A stretch of 64,000 nt of DNA from an uncultured Acidobacteriota bacterium (GTDB taxonomy: Bacteria; Acidobacteriota; Terriglobia; Acidiferrales; UBA7541). Numbering within the stretch: position 1 is the stretch's first letter; the number at the start of each line of letters is the position of its first letter. The position numbers and the translations under genes were made by a program. The notes under the pieces are model-generated. The model searched no databases. It was not told where the DNA came from and worked only from the letters and a program-made list of their open reading frames with translations. Shown here one piece after another: positions 20,448-29,002 of the stretch. The stretch is from positions 46,553 to 110,552 of the forward strand of contig CAWAZN010000003.1 of NCBI GenBank assembly GCA_963786485.1, in the 5' to 3' direction.

Positions 20448-20651
20448 GGTGGTCTCCATGGGGTCGATGCAACACCCTCTCGAATCCCACGGCACGGCCT
20501 CCAGGAGCTAAGGAACGGTCGCGAGCGCCGATCAACTGGAACAGCGTCCTGGTATGTATTGTTGATTTACAGCCGGGATACTTCCGTTCTCTATCGATAA
20601 GCGTTGTCCGATCAATAGCTTAATAGTGTTGCATCGACCGTTTGAGCTGGC
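20448..20651. mobile_element. IS30-like remnant / MITE-like segment
   Basis: GGTGGTCTCCATGGGGTCGATGCAACAC at 20448 and inverted GCCAGCTCAAACGGTCGATGCAACAC at 20626-20651 (23/26 identical to the IS30 end at 27476). Confidence 0.55.
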
Positions 20652-20780
20652 AGCGGTCAGATATTCTCAACTCTGTTTCGCGCGAAGTTCCGAGCGGACA
20701 GTTAAATGAATGAAGGGAAGAGAATTAACAGAAGTTTGTGGTGAACCGGGCAGGACTCGAACCTGCAACCCGCTGATTAA
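20547..20780. repeat. Distal att: ~234-bp direct repeat of 45573-45807, including the 3' 42 nt of tRNA-Lys (20739-20780)
   Basis: Near-identical to 45573-45807; identity ends at the anticodon loop (GCTGATTAA). Confidence 0.92.
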
Positions 20781-20857
20781 CGCAGATATGCTGCAGTGTT
20801 GATTCGTCTAGCTTTTACCTGTGTCGTCAGTGCTCCTGTAGTGCTGTATTAGGGTGA

Positions 20858-20879
20858 GTTTTGGACCCGTTTTGGACCC
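20858..20879 (+). promoter_or_regulatory. Putative integrase arm-type binding sites
   Basis: Tandem GTTTTGGACCC x2; related GTTTTGGACCT and GGATGGACCC at 45482-45502 near the other end. Confidence 0.6.
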
Positions 20880-20983
20880 GACAGTTCGATCCGGAGGCCC
20901 GGTTCAATCGGTTCGCGCCATCGACTTGTGCCTTCCTCTAGCCTCCTGAACCACACGTTGAGATGGAAACAACTCCTCTAGCT

Positions 20984-21250
20984 TGCGCCTGGTAACGCCA
21001 GGGAGTGGTAGTGCAGATGAAAGTTTGCGCTGCTGCTGACGGATAGTGCCGCAGAAACTTAAACCGCCGGTATGAGCCGCACGGTGGCGGCTTGCAGGTA
21101 AACCTGCGAGACGTCTTCGATTGGCGTGCGCATTCCGGTAAGGGTGAAAAGGTGGGGTAAGAGCCCACCGCTCCGCTGGCAACATCGGAGGCACGGAAAA
21201 CCCCGCGTGGTGCAAGGCCAAATAGGAGGGGAGAGCTAGCCCGGCTCGCC
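20984..21250 (+). ncRNA. rnpB: Internal fragment of type A RNase P RNA (specificity domain P7-P14 plus part of P15-P17); both P4 strands missing
   Basis: CCTGGTAACGCCAGGG, AGTGCCGCAGAAA, GGTAAGGGTGAAAAGGTGGGGTAAGAGCCCACCG, GGAAAACCCC, GCAAGGCCAAATAGG; no GAGGAAAGTCC or ACAGAAnnCGGCTTA nearby. Confidence 0.85.
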
Positions 21251-21267
21251 GGGCTTCGGAGTGGGGC

Positions 21268-21273
21268 TATAAT
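21268..21273 (+). promoter_or_regulatory. Candidate -10 box for thyX
   Basis: Perfect TATAAT ~80 bp upstream of thyX; -35 weak. Confidence 0.4.
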
Positions 21274-21350
21274 GTGCGGGTAGTTCTTGGCACTGTGCTC
21301 GGCTTAACGAGCGTGTGTTTGCAACCGCAAATCTTTAAAAAGGCGGAGTA

Positions 21351-22334
21351 TTGATTAACGACGAACCTAAAAAATTGTCACGGGTTACCGATGAACCCCC
21401 TCTACCGCGCGCTATCGCGGAGGATCTGCAAGCGACGCTCGGCACTCGATTCGAGCCACTCGAAGGCGGATTCGTCCGCGTGGTTGATTACATGGGAACT
21501 GATGCGTCTATTGTGCAGGCCGCACGAGTGTCGTACGGAGAAGGAACTCGCGCAGTACACGAGGATCGGGGCCTAATTCGATATCTCATGCGACACCATC
21601 ACACAACGCCGTTCGAAATGTGTGAGATCAAGCTACACATCCGCGCGCCCATGGACACTTGGCGACAATGGATTCGGCATCGCACTGCGAACGTCAACGA
21701 ATACAGCACGCGATATTCAATTGCGATAGATGATGCGCAAGCGACAAGGCCCGATGAATGGCGATTGCAGGCAGGAAGCAATAAACAAGGCAGCGATGGT
21801 CGATTGCCCGCCGAACAAGGCAGACATTTGACGCAAGTTGAGACCGACGTACAGCGCTTTGCCAGAGCGGCATATGAAGAACGCCTCACTGCCGGAGTTG
21901 CCCGTGAGCAAGCGAGAAAGGATCTTCCTCTGAGTACGTTCACGGAAGCGTACTGGAAAATTGACCTCTGGAACCTATTGCATTTTCTGGACCTGAGGAT
22001 GAGAGAAGATGCTCAACAAGAGATTCGTCTGTACGCTCAGATAATCGGCCACAAAATAGTTGCCCATTGGGTGCCTTTAGCTTGGCAGGCATTTCTCGAC
22101 TACCGCGTGAATTCTCTGAACTTGTCCGCGACGGAAGTGGAACTCCTGAAAGCAATTCTGTCGGATGACAAAGTCGAGCTGGCCGGACTATTTCAATCGC
22201 TTCATTGGCTCGAGTTCGATGAGCGGACCGGGCAGCTCAGGAGAAATCGGGAGCGAGACGAATTCATTGAAAAGATGGAAACCCGCTTTGGGTATTCACC
22301 CAAAGTATTCCATGACTTAGAGCCCCAGAAATGA
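21351..22334 (+). CDS. thyX: FAD-dependent thymidylate synthase
   Basis: VQAARVSY, HHHTTPFE, RQWIRHR..VNEYSTRY, AREQAR, LLHFLDLR..AQQEIR. Confidence 0.95.
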   Translation: MINDEPKKLSRVTDEPPLPRAIAEDLQATLGTRFEPLEGGFVRVVDYMGTDASIVQAARVSYGEGTRAVHEDRGLIRYLMRHHHTTPFEMCEIKLHIRAPMDTWRQWIRHRTANVNEYSTRYSIAIDDAQATRPDEWRLQAGSNKQGSDGRLPAEQGRHLTQVETDVQRFARAAYEERLTAGVAREQARKDLPLSTFTEAYWKIDLWNLLHFLDLRMREDAQQEIRLYAQIIGHKIVAHWVPLAWQAFLDYRVNSLNLSATEVELLKAILSDDKVELAGLFQSLHWLEFDERTGQLRRNRERDEFIEKMETRFGYSPKVFHDLEPQK

Positions 22335-22423
22335 AAAACGACCTTAGCGAAACCGTAGCTCACAACTCATTAGGCCTTGACCCTGGGCCTTCCCCTTTCT
22401 ACTGCGGAGTTTTGGTTTAAACT

Positions 22424-23656
22424 GTGGAGTTGTCGCGTAAATCCTCGAATCGTTCGCGCTCGCGGGCTTTTGCCAGTCGGACGGCAAGACTTACCGCCTC
22501 GCCCTCGCCTCGCGTACTCGAATCGTCTAGCTTTGACAACCTTGCTCAGTTTAGGCACTTCTTGGCCGCGCCCGCGCGATGGCGTCAGCCCTGCACGAAC
22601 GTTGAAGCCTCAATGCATCAACTTTCACCGTACGTCGGAAAATTAAAGAGCTCTATCGCGCGGCACCTCATCGAACATTTTTCAAAACCTTGCGACCTTA
22701 TTGTTGATCCATTCGTGGGATCCGGAACCGTCGTGTTAGAGGCAGCATTGGCTGGACGGCGCTCGTTCGGCTCAGACATCAGCCCGTACGCCTTATTACT
22801 TTCGCGAGCAAAATTATTTCCACCGCGCTCCCTATCCCGTGCCATACGAAGAGCCGAGAATTGCCTCGATGAAGCCAGCAGCATCCTCGCACCCGACTTA
22901 CGAGAAGTTCCCAAATGGGTTCGGGATTTCTTCCATCCTTCTACGCTGAAGGAGGCCATCAGCTTCGCCCATATCTGCAGACGTCCGGGAAACGAATTCT
23001 TAATGGCGTGCCTACTGGGTATCTTGCATCATCAACGACCTGGATTTCTGTCTTACCCAAGCAGCCATTTGGTCCCTTATCTCAGAGACAAGAAATATCC
23101 TCGTCGACTATACCCTGAACTCTATGGTTACCGCGACTTACGCAGCAGATTGCTCGCGAAGGTGCGCCGAATGTACAAACGCTTCGTGGACCAGGATGCG
23201 TATGTTTCTACTACACTCCGCCGCAGCACAATTGAAAAAGTCTCTTTCCCATCGGCCTTTGATGCTGTGATCACAAGCCCGCCATACATGAATGCACTAG
23301 ACTACGGACGAGACAACCGGTTAAGACTTTGGTTTATTGACCCAACGCTCGCCCGCAGAGTGGACAATGGTGCGACTCAACGCCGACAGGCTTTTGTCAG
23401 CTCGGTGTGCTGCCTTGCGCAAAAAGTAGAAAATGGCCTCAAATCAAAGGGCTTTTGCGTGCTCGTCGTTGGAGAGAGTCTACGAAGAACGTTTGCAGCT
23501 CATCCGTCCCAGGTCGTTTATCAGATTATGAGTCAGCATGCGCCCTCCTTACGCCTGCATCGAGTCATTTTTGATGACATTCCCGACGTTCGTCGAACTA
23601 GGCGAGAATGCAGGGGAATCAAGCGGGAGCACTTCTTAGTCTTCAAGAAAAACTAG
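22424..23656 (+). CDS. DNA amino-methyltransferase (SPPY, likely N4-cytosine); start uncertain
   Basis: HQLSPYVGK, DPFVGSGT (SAM-binding motif I), ITSPPY (motif IV). Confidence 0.88.
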   Translation: MELSRKSSNRSRSRAFASRTARLTASPSPRVLESSSFDNLAQFRHFLAAPARWRQPCTNVEASMHQLSPYVGKLKSSIARHLIEHFSKPCDLIVDPFVGSGTVVLEAALAGRRSFGSDISPYALLLSRAKLFPPRSLSRAIRRAENCLDEASSILAPDLREVPKWVRDFFHPSTLKEAISFAHICRRPGNEFLMACLLGILHHQRPGFLSYPSSHLVPYLRDKKYPRRLYPELYGYRDLRSRLLAKVRRMYKRFVDQDAYVSTTLRRSTIEKVSFPSAFDAVITSPPYMNALDYGRDNRLRLWFIDPTLARRVDNGATQRRQAFVSSVCCLAQKVENGLKSKGFCVLVVGESLRRTFAAHPSQVVYQIMSQHAPSLRLHRVIFDDIPDVRRTRRECRGIKREHFLVFKKN

Positions 23657-26137
23657 ATGCGAATTCACTTGCCGGACAAGAGCTTTTTTCTCAACAAGCC
23701 ATTGCCACTGAAGCCGACAATCAAGATCGTCGAGCATCGAGGCTCCGGTTACAATGCTCACGTGTTTCGAGCGCACTCAGACGATCTGGGTCGCGACGTA
23801 GCCTGCAAAATCATTCCGCGCAAAAATCTCATCGGCAGTGATCAGGATCCAGAAGTGTGGAGAGCTGAAGTTCTAAAAGCGAACCGCCTCAGGACGTCGG
23901 CCGTTGTTAAATTTTCCGATATTACAGAATGGAAAGAAGAACCCAATTCGATAGATTGCGTGGTCCTAATTTCTGAATTCGTAGAAGGCCCTACGGTTAA
24001 GGAATTCGTCTCAACAAGGAAAACCGAAATATCTGTTCCGTTCATAGTTTACTTTCTCAAATCGATGTTGGATTTCTTCAACGACATGGTTGCTCAAGGC
24101 ATCGTGCACGGGGATCTTCACAGTGGAAATGTCCTCGTTGCGGACACATCTGCGTACAGGCTGCTGGGAGATCCCTTTGAATTTCGCATTACCGACTTCG
24201 GCGTGGCTAATGCGACGAGCGATGCGCCCCTGAAAGATGATTTTTCGCAACTAGCGCTAATCCTGAAAGACTTACTCGAGCATATCGATTACGCATCGCT
24301 GAGCCTGAGAGACAAATTCACGTACAACGTTCTGAACGATCAATTCTTGGGCCGTCACCTGATCGAACGCGATACAACTCACGATGATTTAGCGAGGCAG
24401 CCAAGGAATCTATATCGACGGCTTACCGATCTGGACGTTGAGTTTGAAAAATCTCAAGGCCAAGATGTTGGTCAACTTGTCAGTCCGTTTGACTATTTAA
24501 GTTGCGAACAAATTGGAGAGGCACACAGCATTCTTCGAGCCCTCTACTCTGAATTCTTTCTCGGCTTGCCCGATATCGAAAGCCGCAACAATCTTGTGCT
24601 AACCGGTCCGCGCGGCTGTGGGAAAACTACCGTATTTAAGAGCTTGAGCCTGCGACATCGAATTTATACGGAACTATCTGACCCCGCCGAGACCAAATAT
24701 ATAGGAATCTACTATCGATGCGATGATCTCTATTTCTCCTTTCCTAGGTATCAGCGCCCGAGCCGCACAGAGGCAGTCGACCTACCCGTACATTTCGCAA
24801 CGGCGACTTTGCTCGCAGAGGTTCTCACAGTTCTTGAACTATGGGCGACGCGTCATTTTCCAACTGAACTGAGAGCGGAAGAGACACGAATCTCGCGTCA
24901 AATCTGGTCTACTCTCGGCATAGAACCGCCTAGAGAGCCTGGCATTGACACATTCAAGGCGATTGCAAGTCGCCTGCAGCGTGAGCGGCAAAGGGCAGCC
25001 AATAAGCAGCGTTTCGTGAATGACCCTAAGCATGCCTTTGGGCAGTATTTCGGACCCGACGTCCTGGTTCAGGCATGCCAAGAACTGACTCGATCGTTCG
25101 CACTGTTACGTGATCGCCCATTTTATTTCTTCATCGATGACTATTCTTCGCCGAAAATTACCAAAGAATTGCAGGAAAACCTTAACAGACTTTTTATGCA
25201 GCGATCCTCTGGGACTTTTTTCAAGCTTTCTACCGAAAGTCCCGTTTCCTTCGCCAAGTCAGATGTTGACGAGAAAATCTACGTTGAAGGCCGCGAATTT
25301 AGTACGCTTAATCTTGGCCTCATTTACCTACATTCGAAAACGCAAGACAAGCTTCAATTTATCGATGATGTATTCAAGCGTAGGCTTTCCGCACCGACCG
25401 GGTTCCCAGCAAATAACCTCGACGAGTTAATCGGCCACAATCCGGATTTTAATAACAACGAGGATGCACGCCTAATTAGACAGAGCAAGAAGTCGGAACA
25501 CTGGGGGAAAGAGACGCTCAGCACATTGTGCAGCGGCGATATCCATTACGTTATCGGGCTTGTGCGGGATATGGTTAGCGCCGCGGGTGGCGTGAACGCC
25601 ATTTCAAATGAAATCGTTCCCCGCGTCCCACCTAGGTCGCAAAACAAAGCCATCCGTGAAACCGCGGGCAACTTTTTAAAAAGCTTACGCAGCGTACCTA
25701 AACATGGTGAGCGCCTGGTGGAGGTTGTCAGCGCATTTGGAAATGTTGCGCATTCCTGTCTCAAATATAAGAACTCAGCCAATGAAAAGGGACACCCACC
25801 ACATCAAGCCTCGCGAATCGAACCATATGAGCCTCTGAATCTTTCTGAGGAAGCGAAAAGTATTTACGACGAACTTCTACGGTATTCTGTCTTCATCGAG
25901 GATGTACGCGGCAAAAGCCGTCGCGGTGCGATTGTTCCAAGGCTTTACCTACGACGGTTCCTCATTCCCCACTTCAACCTGACTTTTAGCTTCAGGGATT
26001 CGATTGAGCTTGAGCCTGACGAATTTGAGGAGTTCTTGTTGACTCCCTCAGAATTCGAGCGCAAGCACAGAATGAAAGAACTGAGTAATACAGAAGAACC
26101 ACGCCTGAATTTCGAACGCGAAGGCGGCGAACAATAG
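23657..26137 (+). CDS. Ser/Thr protein kinase fused to ORC1/Cdc6-like AAA+ ATPase
   Basis: VACK, HGDLHSGNVL, DFG; Walker A GPRGCGKT; Walker B FFIDDY; abuts the MTase stop (TAG-ATG). Confidence 0.85.
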   Translation: MRIHLPDKSFFLNKPLPLKPTIKIVEHRGSGYNAHVFRAHSDDLGRDVACKIIPRKNLIGSDQDPEVWRAEVLKANRLRTSAVVKFSDITEWKEEPNSIDCVVLISEFVEGPTVKEFVSTRKTEISVPFIVYFLKSMLDFFNDMVAQGIVHGDLHSGNVLVADTSAYRLLGDPFEFRITDFGVANATSDAPLKDDFSQLALILKDLLEHIDYASLSLRDKFTYNVLNDQFLGRHLIERDTTHDDLARQPRNLYRRLTDLDVEFEKSQGQDVGQLVSPFDYLSCEQIGEAHSILRALYSEFFLGLPDIESRNNLVLTGPRGCGKTTVFKSLSLRHRIYTELSDPAETKYIGIYYRCDDLYFSFPRYQRPSRTEAVDLPVHFATATLLAEVLTVLELWATRHFPTELRAEETRISRQIWSTLGIEPPREPGIDTFKAIASRLQRERQRAANKQRFVNDPKHAFGQYFGPDVLVQACQELTRSFALLRDRPFYFFIDDYSSPKITKELQENLNRLFMQRSSGTFFKLSTESPVSFAKSDVDEKIYVEGREFSTLNLGLIYLHSKTQDKLQFIDDVFKRRLSAPTGFPANNLDELIGHNPDFNNNEDARLIRQSKKSEHWGKETLSTLCSGDIHYVIGLVRDMVSAAGGVNAISNEIVPRVPPRSQNKAIRETAGNFLKSLRSVPKHGERLVEVVSAFGNVAHSCLKYKNSANEKGHPPHQASRIEPYEPLNLSEEAKSIYDELLRYSVFIEDVRGKSRRGAIVPRLYLRRFLIPHFNLTFSFRDSIELEPDEFEEFLLTPSEFERKHRMKELSNTEEPRLNFEREGGEQ

Positions 26138-27210
26138 TGCTTCGCATACTCAAGGTTGACGAAAAATTGGTGGCGTCCCACAAACCTCCATTGGCTAAGT
26201 GGCAGGCTGAACCGTTGTATCCTGCCGATTGCGTCGTGTTGTGCTCCGGATTTGAGGACCGAGCTCTGGCTTTCCTGAAGGAGATTTCGAGCTTCGCCGG
26301 TCATCGGACGAGGGTTCTGTCGGTGAACTACTTGCCGTTCATGGACGAGAATCGACGGAGGGAAATTCATGACATCTGTAAGGCGGCAAAATTTGACTAC
26401 GACGAACTAACCTATGATCGGCAAAACCCGTCGGGGTTCACGGAGGCTTTTTCGACGTCACTTGGCAAAATCCAAGGCCGCCTGTTCGTCGATATATCGG
26501 GAATGTCTCGTCTTATGATCGTACAGATTCTAGTATCGATCGCAAACAGACCGATTCGTTTCGCAAACACAACAGTGGTCTACTCTGGGGCAGCGGAGTA
26601 TCCACCTGAAAAAGCTGCGGTCGAAGCCGCGATCGCCCAGAGCGATGTCGACCCACTCTATTCGATCATGCTTTTGTCCAGCGGAGTATTCGACATTACG
26701 GTCGTACCTGATCTGTCTTCCATCTCATTGGACGGCCAGCAAACCAGACTTATTGCTTTTCCTTCCTTCAACGCCGACCAACTAACCGCCTTGCGGACCG
26801 AACTCCAGCCATCTCGGTATTCAATTATCCATGGAGTCCCCCCGCTACCCTCCAATAGATGGAGAACCGAAGCGATAGCGAAGCTGAACCACACGGAAGC
26901 CCTCAGCAGCGAAGAGCAGTACACAACCGATACGCTCGACTATCGCGAGACGTTGGACTGTTTGCTAAAGATATACCAGGAACATGGGGCGGTGGAGCGG
27001 TTACTAATCGCTCCCACAGGAAGCAAAATGCAGGCTGTTGCAGTGGGAATATTTCGTGCCTTCATTCAAGACGTTCAGGTCGTCTACCCCACGCCTCGGT
27101 CGTTCACGTCCCCAACGAGCTATACGATCGGTGTCGGCAATCGATATGGCCTGGAACTCGATTCGTTTACGCCAGGCTTGCCGGCCACCCAATCGATAGG
27201 GGGCGAATAA
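26137..27210 (+). CDS. Hypothetical tandem Rossmann/CARF-like protein
   Basis: SGFEDRA, FVDISGMSR, VVYSGAAEY, IAPTGSK, VVYPTP; start overlaps the ATPase stop. Confidence 0.6.
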   Translation: MLRILKVDEKLVASHKPPLAKWQAEPLYPADCVVLCSGFEDRALAFLKEISSFAGHRTRVLSVNYLPFMDENRRREIHDICKAAKFDYDELTYDRQNPSGFTEAFSTSLGKIQGRLFVDISGMSRLMIVQILVSIANRPIRFANTTVVYSGAAEYPPEKAAVEAAIAQSDVDPLYSIMLLSSGVFDITVVPDLSSISLDGQQTRLIAFPSFNADQLTALRTELQPSRYSIIHGVPPLPSNRWRTEAIAKLNHTEALSSEEQYTTDTLDYRETLDCLLKIYQEHGAVERLLIAPTGSKMQAVAVGIFRAFIQDVQVVYPTPRSFTSPTSYTIGVGNRYGLELDSFTPGLPATQSIGGE

Positions 27211-27475
27211 AAAACAAAACCTCGTTTCATAGTTATGGCTATGGCACAATTTCGCCAAAACTGTCCGTTACTGAAAAGAAGCGGGCGAGTCTGCAAGCCG
27301 TATTCTGTGCCGTGACTAGGAAGAACTACCTGCGACTTGCATCGCAAACGCTGCGCGGCCACGCGGCGATCATTCCTCCAGGTCGCGATTCTCGCCGTGA
27401 CTCCGCCAACCCGAGGGTCGCTACTGAACGAAAGATGCGTGAGCCTCGGACGATTCCATCACACCAGAAAACCCT

Positions 27476-28707
27476 GCCGGCTCAGACGGTCGACGCAACA
27501 CTGGCCTGTAGTTTACTCGCGGGAGTTTCGAAGCCTAAGGTTTTTCTGGGGCGTTGATTCAAGCGCAGCGCGACCTGGTCGAGTTGCGCTTGGGAGTGGA
27601 CAGACAGGTCGGTGCCTCGCGGGAAGTATTGCCGCAACAGGAGATTCGTGTTTTCGTTGGTGCCGCGTTGCCAGGGACTTTGCGGATCACAGAAGTAGAC
27701 CTGTATATCCGTCGCTACTGTGAAGTCCTTGTGCTTGGCCATCTCTAGTCCTGGATTCCAGGTCAGCGAGCGTTTCAGCGTAGCGGGGAGTTTGCGAACA
27801 TGTTGACTCAATGCCGCAACGACCACTTCGGTGTTTTTGCTGGGCACCTTGATCAGCATGGCAAAGCGCGAATGGCGCTCCACCAGAGTCGCAATGTAGG
27901 TGTTCTTGGCACCGGCTACGAGATCTCCTTCCCCGTGGCCGGGAACCGCTCGGTCTTCTACCTCCGCGGGTCTTTCGCGGATGGAGACGGCATCGACGAT
28001 CTGTCCTCGTGACTGTCCGCTAGCACTGGCATGGCGCGAACGGCGCATGTGCCGCTTCGAGCGGAGTTGCTCCAGCAGCTCTTTTTTCAGCACTCCGCGG
28101 GCCTGAATGAACAGGCTGCGATAGATCGTTTCGTGGGACACGCGCATGCTCTCGTCATCGGGATACTGGAGTTTCAGCCATCCGGAAATCTGTTCCGGCG
28201 ACCAGTCCCGGATCAGTTTACTCGCAACGATGTCCCGCAACCTGCGGTGCAGGGCCAGCAGACACCTCTTCGGTCGCAAGGCCGATTCCCAGGCATGGTC
28301 ATCCGCATCATGGGCGCGATAGGCCGGACGGCCACCGTGGCGAGAAATCTCCCGACTCACGGTGGAGGCCGCTCGATCCAGTTGTCGAGCAATCTCACGC
28401 AGCGACGAATCGGAAGCGATTCCTCGTGAGATGTCTTCTCGCTCCGCTAGCGTGAGCGCCAGCCGCGAACGGTGACGAGCGGCGGGAGAAATGCCGCCGC
28501 GAGGCAACAACACCGAGCGAATGCAGCTATGCGGCTTGTCAAAGGCCCGCCCAATCGCATGCAGCGACTGCCCCGCCTTCCACCGGCTCCAAACGTCACG
28601 CTTCTCGATCTCAGAAAGTCCAAATCGTTGTCCTGGCCTCATGCCAACACCACCTTTACACAGCAGACTTAAATCAGATGGTGTTGCATCGGCCTGTCGA
28701 ATGCACC
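27476..28707 (-). mobile_element. IS30-family insertion sequence
   Basis: Imperfect ~26-bp terminal IRs ending CGAYGCAACAC flank the transposase. Confidence 0.9.
27482..28642 (-). CDS. IS30 transposase, possibly inactive
   Basis: EREDISRG HTH, WSPEQI, VSHETIY, SPWQRGTNENTN; TWNPG replaces the usual TWDRG. Confidence 0.92.
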   Translation of the reverse strand: MRPGQRFGLSEIEKRDVWSRWKAGQSLHAIGRAFDKPHSCIRSVLLPRGGISPAARHRSRLALTLAEREDISRGIASDSSLREIARQLDRAASTVSREISRHGGRPAYRAHDADDHAWESALRPKRCLLALHRRLRDIVASKLIRDWSPEQISGWLKLQYPDDESMRVSHETIYRSLFIQARGVLKKELLEQLRSKRHMRRSRHASASGQSRGQIVDAVSIRERPAEVEDRAVPGHGEGDLVAGAKNTYIATLVERHSRFAMLIKVPSKNTEVVVAALSQHVRKLPATLKRSLTWNPGLEMAKHKDFTVATDIQVYFCDPQSPWQRGTNENTNLLLRQYFPRGTDLSVHSQAQLDQVALRLNQRPRKTLGFETPASKLQASVASTV

Positions 28708-29002
28708 CCCTTTTCTAGGCCCGAGTCTCTTGAATGGTTGGTATTTCGATACCTGAAACCTCAAGATGCTAGTTTTACGTCGGAACTCTTGTCGGCTACG
28801 AAGATTCAAAATGGAACGAATTACGAGGACTTTATCTCAGATGCAATTACCTGAGACAGCTAGTCAGGTCCCGCGAAATATGGGGGCTCGGAGGAGTGTT
28901 TTCGCTGCCCGAAGATTCTCTTGATAGGTGAGAGAACAGACCGACGGAGATTTGTCCTAAATGGTCTCTTCTTCTGTGGGGCAATAGTTTTTTGCTACAT
29001 GT

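Noticed and set aside
20884-20905. GTTCGA...GCCCGGTTCA resembling an inverted tRNA-Lys 3' end
   Set aside because: Only a 10-bp exact match and no cloverleaf.
20904-21221. 105-aa minus-strand ORF (RWALTPPFHPY)
   Set aside because: Typical spurious antisense translation of RNase P RNA.
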